Assembly: GCA_050952645.1 (NCBI GenBank)
Contig: JBMNLI010000017.1
Coordinates: 339,526 to 403,525, forward strand
Reading direction: 5' to 3'
DNA length: 64,000 nucleotides
Origin: Bdellovibrionota bacterium
GTDB taxonomy: Bacteria; Bdellovibrionota_C; UBA2361; CAKMMH01
A program made the translations under genes and the position numbers. Below, one piece after another: positions 10,175 to 18,899 of the stretch (position 1 is its first letter; each line of letters begins with the position of its first letter). The notes under the pieces are model-generated. The model did no database searches. It was not told where the DNA came from and saw only the letters and a program-made list of their open reading frames with translations.

Positions 10175-10530
10175 TTATGTCAATGCACGTCTTATATTAT
10201 ATATCAAAACACGATAAAAAAACAACAAAATAAGTTATTTAAACTTGAAATATCCCCGCATAATATACTTTAATTATAATTTTATCAAACTTAAATTATC
10301 GTGCATTGACATAAAGATTGTATCGTGAATTGAAAGAAAATCTAGCTAAAATTACATCTTATTGTGATCTCAAATAAACAATCGTGTTTTGAAAGAAGTT
10401 AGATGCGTGATTTGAAATAAGTTTATTCGGGATTTGAAATAAGAATGTTAGTGAATTGAAATAACAAAAATCGTGAATTCAACATAAAAATAACGTGAAT
10501 CGAAAGAAATTTTATAGTGAACTGAAATAA
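10175..10530 (+). repeat. Iteron array upstream of rep, consensus (C/A)GTGAWTTGAMAKAA; probable replication origin
   Basis: Direct copies at 10300, 10324, 10363, 10383, 10406, 10428, 10450, 10472, 10494 and 10516 (last six exactly 22 bp apart); inverted copies near 10175 and 10199. Confidence 0.85.
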
Positions 10531-10662
10531 ATAATCTTAATTAACCTATTGAATATATTGCAAAAAATTTTCGCTTACTAAATAACTAGTAAACTATAAT
10601 AAACTTGATAAACTTACAAAAAGTTAGTATGTTTATTAAAGATTTAATTTATAATTTTTTTT

Positions 10663-12200
10663 ATGAAAGAAAAAAAGCAGACCTAAAACAATTACGATCT
10701 CTAGAGATGAAATGAACTTAGCAGAATTTCCATTAGCAGTTCTTTCAACGAGAGTTAATCCTAATATTAAAACTTTAGAGTTTCAGGATACCATATACAC
10801 GAAAGATAAAAAACCTATTACTAGAAAATGGATAATAACTGGAGCAGATAAATTTGGACTTCCTACATCTTCAGACGATGAGGTTTTAATGGACTTTTAA
10901 AACTTACTGCCGATCAAGATTTTAAAAGTCAAAAATAGAGTTTACTAGATATGAACTTTTGAAAGTTTTAAATTGGACGACTGAGGGAAGAAGCTACACA
11001 AGATTACAAAAATCGCTAGATAGGCTAAGTGGTGTAAAATAAAAGCGGCTAATGCATTTTTTGATAATAAAACTAAAGAGAACTGCACAAAGCTTTTTGG
11101 ATAATCGATGCTTATGAAATAAACAGTGGGAGAGGAGATCAAACTCAACCTAGTTATTTTATTTGGGGAGAAACTATTTTCGATTCATTTCAAAAAGGAA
11201 ATATAAAAAGATTAGACTTAGATTTTTATTTAAGTTTTAAAAGTGCTATCTCAAAAAGATTGTATCGATATTTAGATAAACATTTTTGGCAAACAAATAG
11301 AATAGAAATAGATTTATTTAGGTTAGCGTACGAAAAAATAGGGATTAGTAGAAATTTTAAGTATGCAAGTTCCTTAAAGCAACAATTAGAGCCTGCCATA
11401 ATGGAATTGCAAGAAAAGAATTTTATAAAAAATTTGAGTTTACAGGAAAGGGGGCCCTTTTCGAAAGTTATATTTTACAAGACTGGCACTACACAAACTT
11501 GTTTAGGGCAGACTTGTTTAAGTGGGGGCTTCTTCAGCGTTAAACAATTTGCAATCTAACGATTCGCAATTGCAAGAGGTAGAGGCAAGAGTAATCGATA
11601 TTACGCCTTATGATGCAAACTCTTTTGAGGGAGATAATTTAATTCGGATATAACGCAAAGGCTTCTTTTAAGGGGGATAAAAGAGGGGCAAATAAAAAAA
11701 TTATTACGTGGCAAATCTCATAAAAATTTAGTAAAGATATCGAATATAATTTTATATTTTGATGATTTACTAGCTAGAAAGAGTGTCTTAGTAAGTAGGA
11801 GCCCAGTAGGGTTTTTATATAGAGCGGTTGAAAAGGAAGAGCAGTTTTATTTACCTAAAGAATATACTCAAGAGAAAGGGAAAAAGAAGAATCAAGAAAC
11901 TAAAGAAAGCAAAAATATCAAGAAAACAAAAAGCGAAGATATTGAAAAATTAAAAAGCATATATCTTGCCGAAAGAAATAATCAAATAGAAGAAATTAGA
12001 ACTGAGATGGAGAATAGTGTTTTACAGTCCATAGAAAAAGAGGGCTAGAGAATCTTTAAGTAATATGAAAGGGGGTTATATCTTCTAAGCATTTTGAAAA
12101 GGCTATAATTGACAAGGTAAATGATAAGATTGCTTCTCTTTTTGCATTAGCAGATTTTGATGAATGGCTTCAGGAAAGAAAAAGTGCAAAAGCGGTTTAG
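10663..12200 (+). CDS. Replication initiator protein A (RPA family, planctomycete-plasmid-like), about 510 aa, frameshifted
   Basis: DEMNLAEFPLAVLS, FGLPTSSDDEVL, FTRYELLKVLNW...GRSY.RL..SLDRL, LDLDFYL...SAISKRLYRYLDK joined across the fragments 10712-10900 and 11260-11559 and intervening frames. Confidence 0.8.
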
Positions 12201-12232
12201 CATTTTTTTAAAAATCCCGATAAAAAATGTGA

Positions 12233-12261
12233 TTGACATATAACTGTAAGTGATACAAAAT
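12233..12261 (+). promoter_or_regulatory. Putative sigma70 promoter TTGACA-N17-CAAAAT for the MerR-like gene
   Basis: Perfect -35 with a 17-bp spacer. Confidence 0.45.
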
Positions 12262-12357
12262 GGTAAGTGTTTTTTTCTCGTGTAAAAATATAAAAAAAAT
12301 TTTTAGTTTCAACTTAAAGGTATATGTTTTTAAAAAGATTTTTAAATTGGATAATTT

Positions 12358-12855
12358 ATGTCTGTTTATAAATTGAATAAAGATTTTACTGCTAAAGAAG
12401 TGCAAGCTATTTTAAGAAAACTATCTAAAGGAAAAGAGAAGATAGGTTTAGCGCTTCTTAATTACTATGCTAGGACGGATTTAGTTGCGCCAACGGGGCA
12501 GGGGGTTATTAGGCAAAGAAGAAAGTATTCGCATTCAGATTTAATATTACTTTGTTGGCTTTTTAGAATGAAAGATGAGGGGCTACCAGTCCATAGGTTT
12601 AGAAGTGGTATCGATTATTTAAGAAAAAAAATTCCTTCCTTATATGAGAATCCTAGAGATATGGTTTTATTAACCGATGGTAAAGAGCTTTTTATAAAGC
12701 ATAGAATAGAGGACAAAGGTCAAATCGCTGAAGTCCTAACTGGCGAAAAAGCAGGTCAATACGTTTGGGCCTACGCTATAGGGTCGTTAATAGAGGAAGT
12801 AGAGCAGATTATAGAACAGCAGGCTAAGGAAGAGTTAGGGCAGAAGAAGGCTTAA
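12358..12855 (+). CDS. MerR-family HTH regulator
   Basis: LNYYARTDLVAP...RRKYSHSDL...GLPV MerR HTH pattern; C-terminal LLTDGKELF. Confidence 0.75.
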   Translation: MSVYKLNKDFTAKEVQAILRKLSKGKEKIGLALLNYYARTDLVAPTGQGVIRQRRKYSHSDLILLCWLFRMKDEGLPVHRFRSGIDYLRKKIPSLYENPRDMVLLTDGKELFIKHRIEDKGQIAEVLTGEKAGQYVWAYAIGSLIEEVEQIIEQQAKEELGQKKA

Positions 12856-13262
12856 GGGAAAACACTGCGAGCGAATGGAGCAGGGTTTTCCCTTGGGCCT
12901 TTCAAATTGGTTAATAGAGGAAGTAGAGCAGATTATAGAGCAGCAGGCTAAGGAAGAGTTAGGGCAGAAGAAGGCTTAAGGGAAAACACTGCGAGCGAAT
13001 GGAGCAGGGTTTTCCCTTGGGTCTTTTCAAATTGGTTAATAGAGAGTAGAGCAGATTATAGAAGAGCAGGCTAAAGAAGAGTTAGGGCAGAAGAAGGCTT
13101 AAGGGAAAAGCCTGCGAGCGAAGGGAGTAGGGTTTTCCCTTGGGCGTTTCAAATTGGTTAATAGTAGAGTAGAGCAGATTATAAAAGAGCAGGCTAAGGA
13201 AGAGTTAGGGCAGAAGAAGGCTTAAGGGAAAAGCCTGCGAGCGAAGGGAGTAGGGTTTTCCT
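12786..13262 (+). repeat. Tandem array of about 3.85 x 122-125 bp units (MerR gene 3' end plus hairpin)
   Basis: Units start at 12786, 12910, 13035 and 13157; each has GTTAATAG...GGCTTAA followed by the stem AAGGGAAAA...TTTTCCCTT. Confidence 0.95.
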
Positions 13263-13431
13263 GATGATTTTATTTTTCCTGTTTCTTAAGGTTCAAGCAA
13301 TGAAACAACTTGGAAATTCTGTAGCTATTCGAGCAGTAGAAGCCGTTGCTAATAATATAATCGATTATTTAGATAAATGTGTAAATTGTTATGAGAGTGA
13401 ACAGAGTTTTCGTAAGGTCGTAAATGGGTAA
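13254..13431 (+). pseudogene. C-terminal remnant of a C5-cytosine DNA methyltransferase
   Basis: GFPDDFIFPVS / KVQAMKQLGNSVAIRAVEAVA correspond to motifs IX-X, with one frameshift. Confidence 0.75.
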
Positions 13432-13436
13432 AAATT

Positions 13437-13976
13437 CTAATACACTAAATTCTGGGGAATGGGCGGAGCTTTACGTATTTTTACAATTCTTTTTAAACCA
13501 TTTTTTAAAAAACTTTTCTTTAATTGGCTAATTTTGTCTACAAATAGAATTCCATTTAAATGATCTATTTCATGTTGCAAGCATATAGCAAAAAGTTTAG
13601 TCGCATTTATAACTTTTTCTTCTCCACTTAAGTCTTGATATTTAACCGTTATATTTTCGCTTCTTTTTACAATCTCGCGATACTGTGGGACGCTTAAACA
13701 GCCCTCCTCAAAAGTTATAGTTCCAGATTTTTCTATTATTTCAGGATTTATAAAAACAAAAGGCTCTCTTTTTCCATCTTCTTGTAAATCTATTACGATT
13801 ACTCGTTTAAGAATTCCAACTTGAGGAGCAGCTAGTCCTATACCATTATTTTCATACATCGTTTTTAACATATCTTCAGTAAACTTTTTAAGGTCATTAG
13901 AAAAATCTACTACGGTTTCCGAAATTTCATTTAATAAAGGGTCTGGGTATGTATACAATTTTAAAGTTTTCGCCAT
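13437..13976 (-). CDS. def: Peptide deformylase
   Basis: GIGLAAPQ, EGCLS and QHEIDHLNG; the extreme C-terminus may be frameshifted in a T-run. Confidence 0.97.
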   Translation of the reverse strand: MAKTLKLYTYPDPLLNEISETVVDFSNDLKKFTEDMLKTMYENNGIGLAAPQVGILKRVIVIDLQEDGKREPFVFINPEIIEKSGTITFEEGCLSVPQYREIVKRSENITVKYQDLSGEEKVINATKLFAICLQHEIDHLNGILFVDKISQLKKSFLKNGLKRIVKIRKAPPIPQNLVY

Positions 13977-14140
13977 TTTAAAAATTTAATTTCCTTTTTT
14001 ATAATTTACTTAACAAACAAATACATTATACTATAACTTTACGAGTTTATAAATAAAATTTTTGTTAATTTAAATAGTTCTTTTAAAACTTTAAATTGCA
14101 AGCCTAAAAGATTATGAGCAATAAGATTATGAGTAATTAG

Positions 14141-15175
14141 ATGAGTAATAGTAGAAAATTTATTCTTATTTCTGTTTTAATTTATATTTTAATAATAGTC
14201 GTTTTTTTTATATTAAAAAACTTAAGTCCTTTCGATACATCTATCACAATTTCAATACTTCAATACGCTCTAGCCTTTTTGCTTTTAATATTCTTAAATA
14301 GTAGTTATATAAAAAAGAAAGAAATTTTTTCAAAGTTTGCACTAAGGCTAATAACGGTAGTTTTATGCGTATTTTTACTGACAGAGTTCTATTTTACAAA
14401 CTTTATCGACACAAAAATTGTTCAAGCCCGTTTTTTAAATGATTCTTTTGAGATAAAATCTAGAGTTCTAAGAGAAGCCATCAATCAAAGGATTTCAGAT
14501 AGCACTTTAAGAGTAAAGAGATACCCATTTTTTATAGAAAAAAATAATATTTCAGATTGGCTTAAAAAAAATGGCAAAGAAATTTTAATATGGGGCGATG
14601 ATAAGTTTGTTAATCTTTCCTTTAGAAAAAAAAATAACTTTAGCTTAGGTCTCTTAAATATAGATTACCAAAATAGCGATTTAATTATAATAGAAGATGT
14701 GCAAAATGTAAGAATTCCTTACGAGCCCGTAAAAGCTACAGTAGCGTATATAACTAATATTTTATATAAATTAAAAAATGATAATTTTAAGTTAAAGCTA
14801 GTAGGGAAACAAAAATTTAAATGGCAAAATAATTCTCATACGGCTTACCCTTTACTTCTCTTAGGAAACCATTATTTAAAAGATTACATAAAAAGTAATA
14901 ACAAATATTATTTAAGGCATGCTATAAAGCATTATGAAAAAGCCTTAAGTTTTATAAGAGTAAAAGATAATGAGCAAATATATTTTGCATTAGTAAATAA
15001 TTTAATGGTTAGTTACTACGTAAAATATTTAAATACTGCGAAAATAAAACATAAAAAGACCGCCAATGCTTTATTTAAGAAAAATTTTTTTATAGACCAA
15101 AATATAAAATCTAATATTCCAATCGATATGAGACTTATCTTTATAGAAAATAAGCTTCTAATAAACTCACTATAA
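14141..15175 (+). CDS. Hypothetical membrane protein (3 N-terminal TMs, possible C-terminal TPR)
   Basis: Hydrophobic segments; LLLGNHY...AIKHYEKAL TPR-like pattern. Confidence 0.6.
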   Translation: MSNSRKFILISVLIYILIIVVFFILKNLSPFDTSITISILQYALAFLLLIFLNSSYIKKKEIFSKFALRLITVVLCVFLLTEFYFTNFIDTKIVQARFLNDSFEIKSRVLREAINQRISDSTLRVKRYPFFIEKNNISDWLKKNGKEILIWGDDKFVNLSFRKKNNFSLGLLNIDYQNSDLIIIEDVQNVRIPYEPVKATVAYITNILYKLKNDNFKLKLVGKQKFKWQNNSHTAYPLLLLGNHYLKDYIKSNNKYYLRHAIKHYEKALSFIRVKDNEQIYFALVNNLMVSYYVKYLNTAKIKHKKTANALFKKNFFIDQNIKSNIPIDMRLIFIENKLLINSL

Positions 15176-15314
15176 AATAAGCTAGCTATAATAACGAGAT
15201 TGTTTTAAAAATATATCATAGCACTTTAACAATTGACGTTTAAAAGCTCCCACAAAAAACATCGCTCTAAAAAGTGCTATGAAATATGGAAATAGGGAAG
15301 TGTAGTATAGGAAT

Positions 15315-16874
15315 TTATAAGTAATCGCCAGAGGTAATTTTTATTAGTTCTTTTAGTATGTCCTTAGCGATTTTAATAGTAGAAAGAGAAATAGTATTAT
15401 TGTTTGGGTCTGTAAAAGAGGCGTAAATTACGCCAGTGCAATAATTACGAATACCAATTGGCACTGCTAAGCAAGAGGTGTCCTTAGGCAATATTAAAGT
15501 TCCATAAGTCGTGATTTGACCATTAAAATAACACTTAGAAGCAACATTAGGCGACGTTATATTGATAGGAATAGTAATATCCGCAGGGTTGATATCAGCT
15601 ACATTATCTCCTATAATCGCATGCCCTTGAAACTTAGTTTTATCTGCATTAGCTACCAGTAGTAAAGCTCTTTCAAAGTTAAGACTAAATACTAAAGTTT
15701 CCATAATTTTAGTTATTATTGAAGTAATCGGTTCATCGCTATGAATGCTTTCATCGATTTGTTTTAAATAATCATCAACGGTTAAGTCGTTTAAATCATT
15801 ATTAGTTAAATCATTATTAGTTGAATCATTATTAGTTAATTTATTATTAGTTAAATCTGCAATAGTTAAATTATCAATAGTTAAAATTGATGTAGGCTGA
15901 GGCGTTAAATTTATATTTAAATCTTCTTTGGTGCTAATTTTTGGTAGCTTAGTATTTATTTTAGGTAAATCGATTTTCATAGAACTACAATACTCAGGAA
16001 ATTCTTTTGTAAATATTTTAAAAGAGTTTTGAAGAGTATTTTCTGGTATTTCATATTTTTTAGAAACATTTTTAATGATAGTCTCGAAATTATCGTCTAG
16101 AGGTTGTCCCATAATGGTGCTAGATATATCTTGCGCTGCAAGTAAGTTTTTAATCAATTTTTGTTCTCCACCTAAAGCCTTTAAACTAAGAGTATTGTTT
16201 TTAAAGTTCATAGCCACGGTTATCGAAGAAGTGTAAATTGCTGGGATTTTTAAAGAGTCGAGTACTTCTAAACTTATCTCTAGAGGCTCAAAGCCTGTTA
16301 GTTCTTTTATCGCATCATCTAATGGGATATTTAAATTTAAGCTTTTTTGCAAAGCGTTTTCAAAAAGCTTTGGAAAGTAATAAGCAGTTAACATTAAGCC
16401 TAGCTCTGAAAAAGTGCCAAGAAGATAGCCAGTTTCTTCATCTTTAGATTTACTTCTTACATTTGCCGAGTTTAAAATGCTAGTAAAAAGCGATGTGGTG
16501 ATAAGCTTTTCTAATGTCAAAGCAAAGTTTTCGTTTTTTTTGCTTTCTGGTAAAAATTTTTGTATTAGCGTAAAACTTGAGCAAAGCTCGGCGAGTTGTT
16601 TAAGTCCCATGTGGATAATAGCTTGGCTAATGGTAGTTATAGGAACGCCACGCTGGAAAAAAGCGCTATTTACGAAATTTAAAATTTTAGTAGAAAGAGT
16701 TGGGTCTTTTAAAATGTATTCAGTTAATTTACTAGATGGTGCGTTAGGATTGTTAGTCAACCCGACAAGCTCGTTTATAGTTTTAGTGCAAGCTGGAAAG
16801 TCTCCGCTAGTTTGGAGTGCTTTTTTTAATTTCTCTATAAATTGGTATTTAGTGATACTTAAATTATCTTCCAT
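15315..16874 (-). CDS. HDOD-domain signalling protein with a GAF-like C-terminus
   Basis: ILKDPTLSTKILNFVNSAFF...TISQAIIHMG; C-terminal LAVPIG...GVIYA. Confidence 0.85.
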   Translation of the reverse strand: MEDNLSITKYQFIEKLKKALQTSGDFPACTKTINELVGLTNNPNAPSSKLTEYILKDPTLSTKILNFVNSAFFQRGVPITTISQAIIHMGLKQLAELCSSFTLIQKFLPESKKNENFALTLEKLITTSLFTSILNSANVRSKSKDEETGYLLGTFSELGLMLTAYYFPKLFENALQKSLNLNIPLDDAIKELTGFEPLEISLEVLDSLKIPAIYTSSITVAMNFKNNTLSLKALGGEQKLIKNLLAAQDISSTIMGQPLDDNFETIIKNVSKKYEIPENTLQNSFKIFTKEFPEYCSSMKIDLPKINTKLPKISTKEDLNINLTPQPTSILTIDNLTIADLTNNKLTNNDSTNNDLTNNDLNDLTVDDYLKQIDESIHSDEPITSIITKIMETLVFSLNFERALLLVANADKTKFQGHAIIGDNVADINPADITIPINITSPNVASKCYFNGQITTYGTLILPKDTSCLAVPIGIRNYCTGVIYASFTDPNNNTISLSTIKIAKDILKELIKITSGDYL

Positions 16875-16886
16875 TTATTTTTATTT

Positions 16887-17219
16887 TTAATTTACTAATT
16901 TAATTTTATTGTCAGCTATAACCTCTAGCTTGTTTTGAACTTGTTTTAAGATTTTGAAATTAGTAGTTTCTAGTAAAACTTGGTATCTTTCTTTTAAATT
17001 ATCATACTCTTTTTGGAGAAACATTCTGTCTGATAGCGTTAAATTTTTTCTACTTAAGTTTACGATAATCTCTTTCATGTAGCTAATTAGTAGCTTTAAC
17101 TCTTGAATATTTTTAGCACAAGCGTTATGTTCTTTCATATCATTGAGTAAGCCTAGCCTTTCTAGTGCGTTTCTAAACTCAGGATTTCTTAAATCGTATT
17201 TTGGTAATTTACTACTCAT
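16887..17219 (-). CDS. Hypothetical protein resembling part of the flagellin N-terminal domain
   Basis: MKEIIVNLSRKNLTLSDRMFLQKEYDNLKERYQVLLETTNF compared with the flagellin pattern MRELAVQA.N.T.S.SDR..IQ.E...L...I..I..TT.F. Confidence 0.5.
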   Translation of the reverse strand: MSSKLPKYDLRNPEFRNALERLGLLNDMKEHNACAKNIQELKLLISYMKEIIVNLSRKNLTLSDRMFLQKEYDNLKERYQVLLETTNFKILKQVQNKLEVIADNKIKLVN

Positions 17220-17638
17220 AATTTAACCTTAAATATACTTAGCCTTAAAAAAATATAAACCTTAAAAATTAACTCTTTTTTAAACTTTTTTTAAACTTTT
17301 TATAATATTTGTAATAATTTCTACTTTTATATTCGATGTTATTTTTTTACTAATAGTTTCTTTTTAAGTATTTATTTTTCTTATAAAAAAACTCTATTTT
17401 AGAAAGGTTAAATGAAAAACATGCTAGAAATCAAATAGTGGTATAAATGCAAGTAAAAAACCTTTAAAAATTTAAAAAAAATTAAGAAAGGCGTTAATGA
17501 AAAAAATTAAAGTTTCCGACATATAAAATTGTGAATAAATTTTGATACTATTTTTTTTAAGTTAGCATCAAAACTAAAAGAGAATAAATTTATTCTTTAT
17601 TTTTAAATATAATTTTTTATATAAAGGAGATCGTAATT

Positions 17639-18019
17639 ATGAAACAGAAAGGTTTTACGCTAATTGAGCTATTAGTAGTAGTTGCTATTATCGGTATCTT
17701 AGCAGCAATCGCAATCCCTCAATTTGCAGAATATCGTGCTAGAGGTTTTGACTCTCGTGCTAAAAGTGATTTAAGAAATGTTGCTACAGCTGAAGAAGCT
17801 TACTTTGTAGATAATGAAAAATATGTTTCTTGTTCTCAAGATGATTGTCATACAATATTACCAGGAATTAAATCACTATCTTCAGGAGTAACTTTAACAA
17901 TTACTGCTAGTTCAGACGGAAAAACTTTTACAGGAACTGCTACTCACGATAAAGGAACTGGCGTTACTTGTAATTGGGATAGCGATGCTGGTGGCTTAAC
18001 TGGTTGCACAAAATCATAA
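17639..18019 (+). CDS. pilA: Type IVa major pilin
   Basis: KG|FTLIELLVVVAIIGILAAIAIPQF; strong SD; monocistronic with a terminator. Confidence 0.9.
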   Translation: MKQKGFTLIELLVVVAIIGILAAIAIPQFAEYRARGFDSRAKSDLRNVATAEEAYFVDNEKYVSCSQDDCHTILPGIKSLSSGVTLTITASSDGKTFTGTATHDKGTGVTCNWDSDAGGLTGCTKS

Positions 18020-18076
18020 TAATAACTTTTAAAAAAGTTTTTAAAATAATTAAACTTTTTTAGTTATTTAATTTAT

Positions 18077-18125
18077 AAGCTAAAGTGTAGTGTATAAGTT
18101 ATATAATTACGCTTTAGCTTTTTTT
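18077..18125 (+). terminator. Intrinsic terminator after the pilin gene
   Basis: AAGCTAAAGTGTA/TACGCTTTAGCTT stem followed by a T-run. Confidence 0.7.
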
Positions 18126-18322
18126 ATTTCTTCTTTATCTCTTCTATTTTATCTTTTTTATTTAATTTCTTCTATTTAATTTCTTCTATTTATTCCCTTA
18201 TCTTTATTTTTTAAATTATTTTTTAAATTATTTTTCTATATATTCCTATATATTTTAAAAGAGTTATGCTTTATTATGTTAGAATATATTTTGTCTACTT
18301 TTTTTGGGGAGTTTGATATTTT

Positions 18323-18853
18323 ATGTTAAAACGTAAAAGTGCAAATAGTTTCTTGTTTTTTATAACGCTATGTTTAGCGCAAATATTTTTTACTGAAAAT
18401 GCCTTTGCTAAAAAGCAAACTTTAGGTCTTATTGAAAAAGCCTTGATACTACCTGAAAATTTAGTAGTCGATGCAAAGTTAGATACTGGGGCCGATTCTT
18501 GTTCTTTACACGCTGATGACATAAAAGAGTTTGAAAAAGAAGGAAAGAAATTCGTTAAATTTACCATAGTCGATAGATATGGAAAAAAAAGAACAGTAAT
18601 TAAAGAGATAGTTAGGCACGTTAGGATAAAAAGATTAAATAATAAATCGCAAATTAGAAAAATGATAAATATCGGTTTATGTCTAGGCGATGTTTATAAG
18701 ATAGCAGAGGTGTCCTTAGTAGATAGAGGTGCTTTTAATTATGAAATGCTTATAGGCAGAAGATACTTATCTGGTGATTTTATAGTAGACCCTGCGATAA
18801 CGTATACGGTAGACCCTAATTGTAATATAGAAAAAGAAGAAAAGAGTAATTAA
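18323..18853 (+). CDS. RimK-associated putative protease (aspartyl-protease-like fold), exported
   Basis: AKLDTGADSCSLHA and VSLVDRGAFNYEMLIGRRYL; signal peptide. Confidence 0.85.
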   Translation: MLKRKSANSFLFFITLCLAQIFFTENAFAKKQTLGLIEKALILPENLVVDAKLDTGADSCSLHADDIKEFEKEGKKFVKFTIVDRYGKKRTVIKEIVRHVRIKRLNNKSQIRKMINIGLCLGDVYKIAEVSLVDRGAFNYEMLIGRRYLSGDFIVDPAITYTVDPNCNIEKEEKSN

Positions 18854-18899
18854 AAAAAGTAAGTATTTTAGAGAAATATAAAATCAGGAATATAAAAGA

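Noticed and set aside
10300..10530. Mini-CRISPR
   Set aside because: The repeats are degenerate 15-mers with gaps of about 7 bp, which fits iterons.
12786..13262. CRISPR array
   Set aside because: Whole 124-bp units repeat with no unique spacers, and there are no cas genes.
17439..17452. Sigma54 promoter for pilA (TGGTATAAATGC)
   Set aside because: The GG-GC spacing is 7 nt instead of 10.
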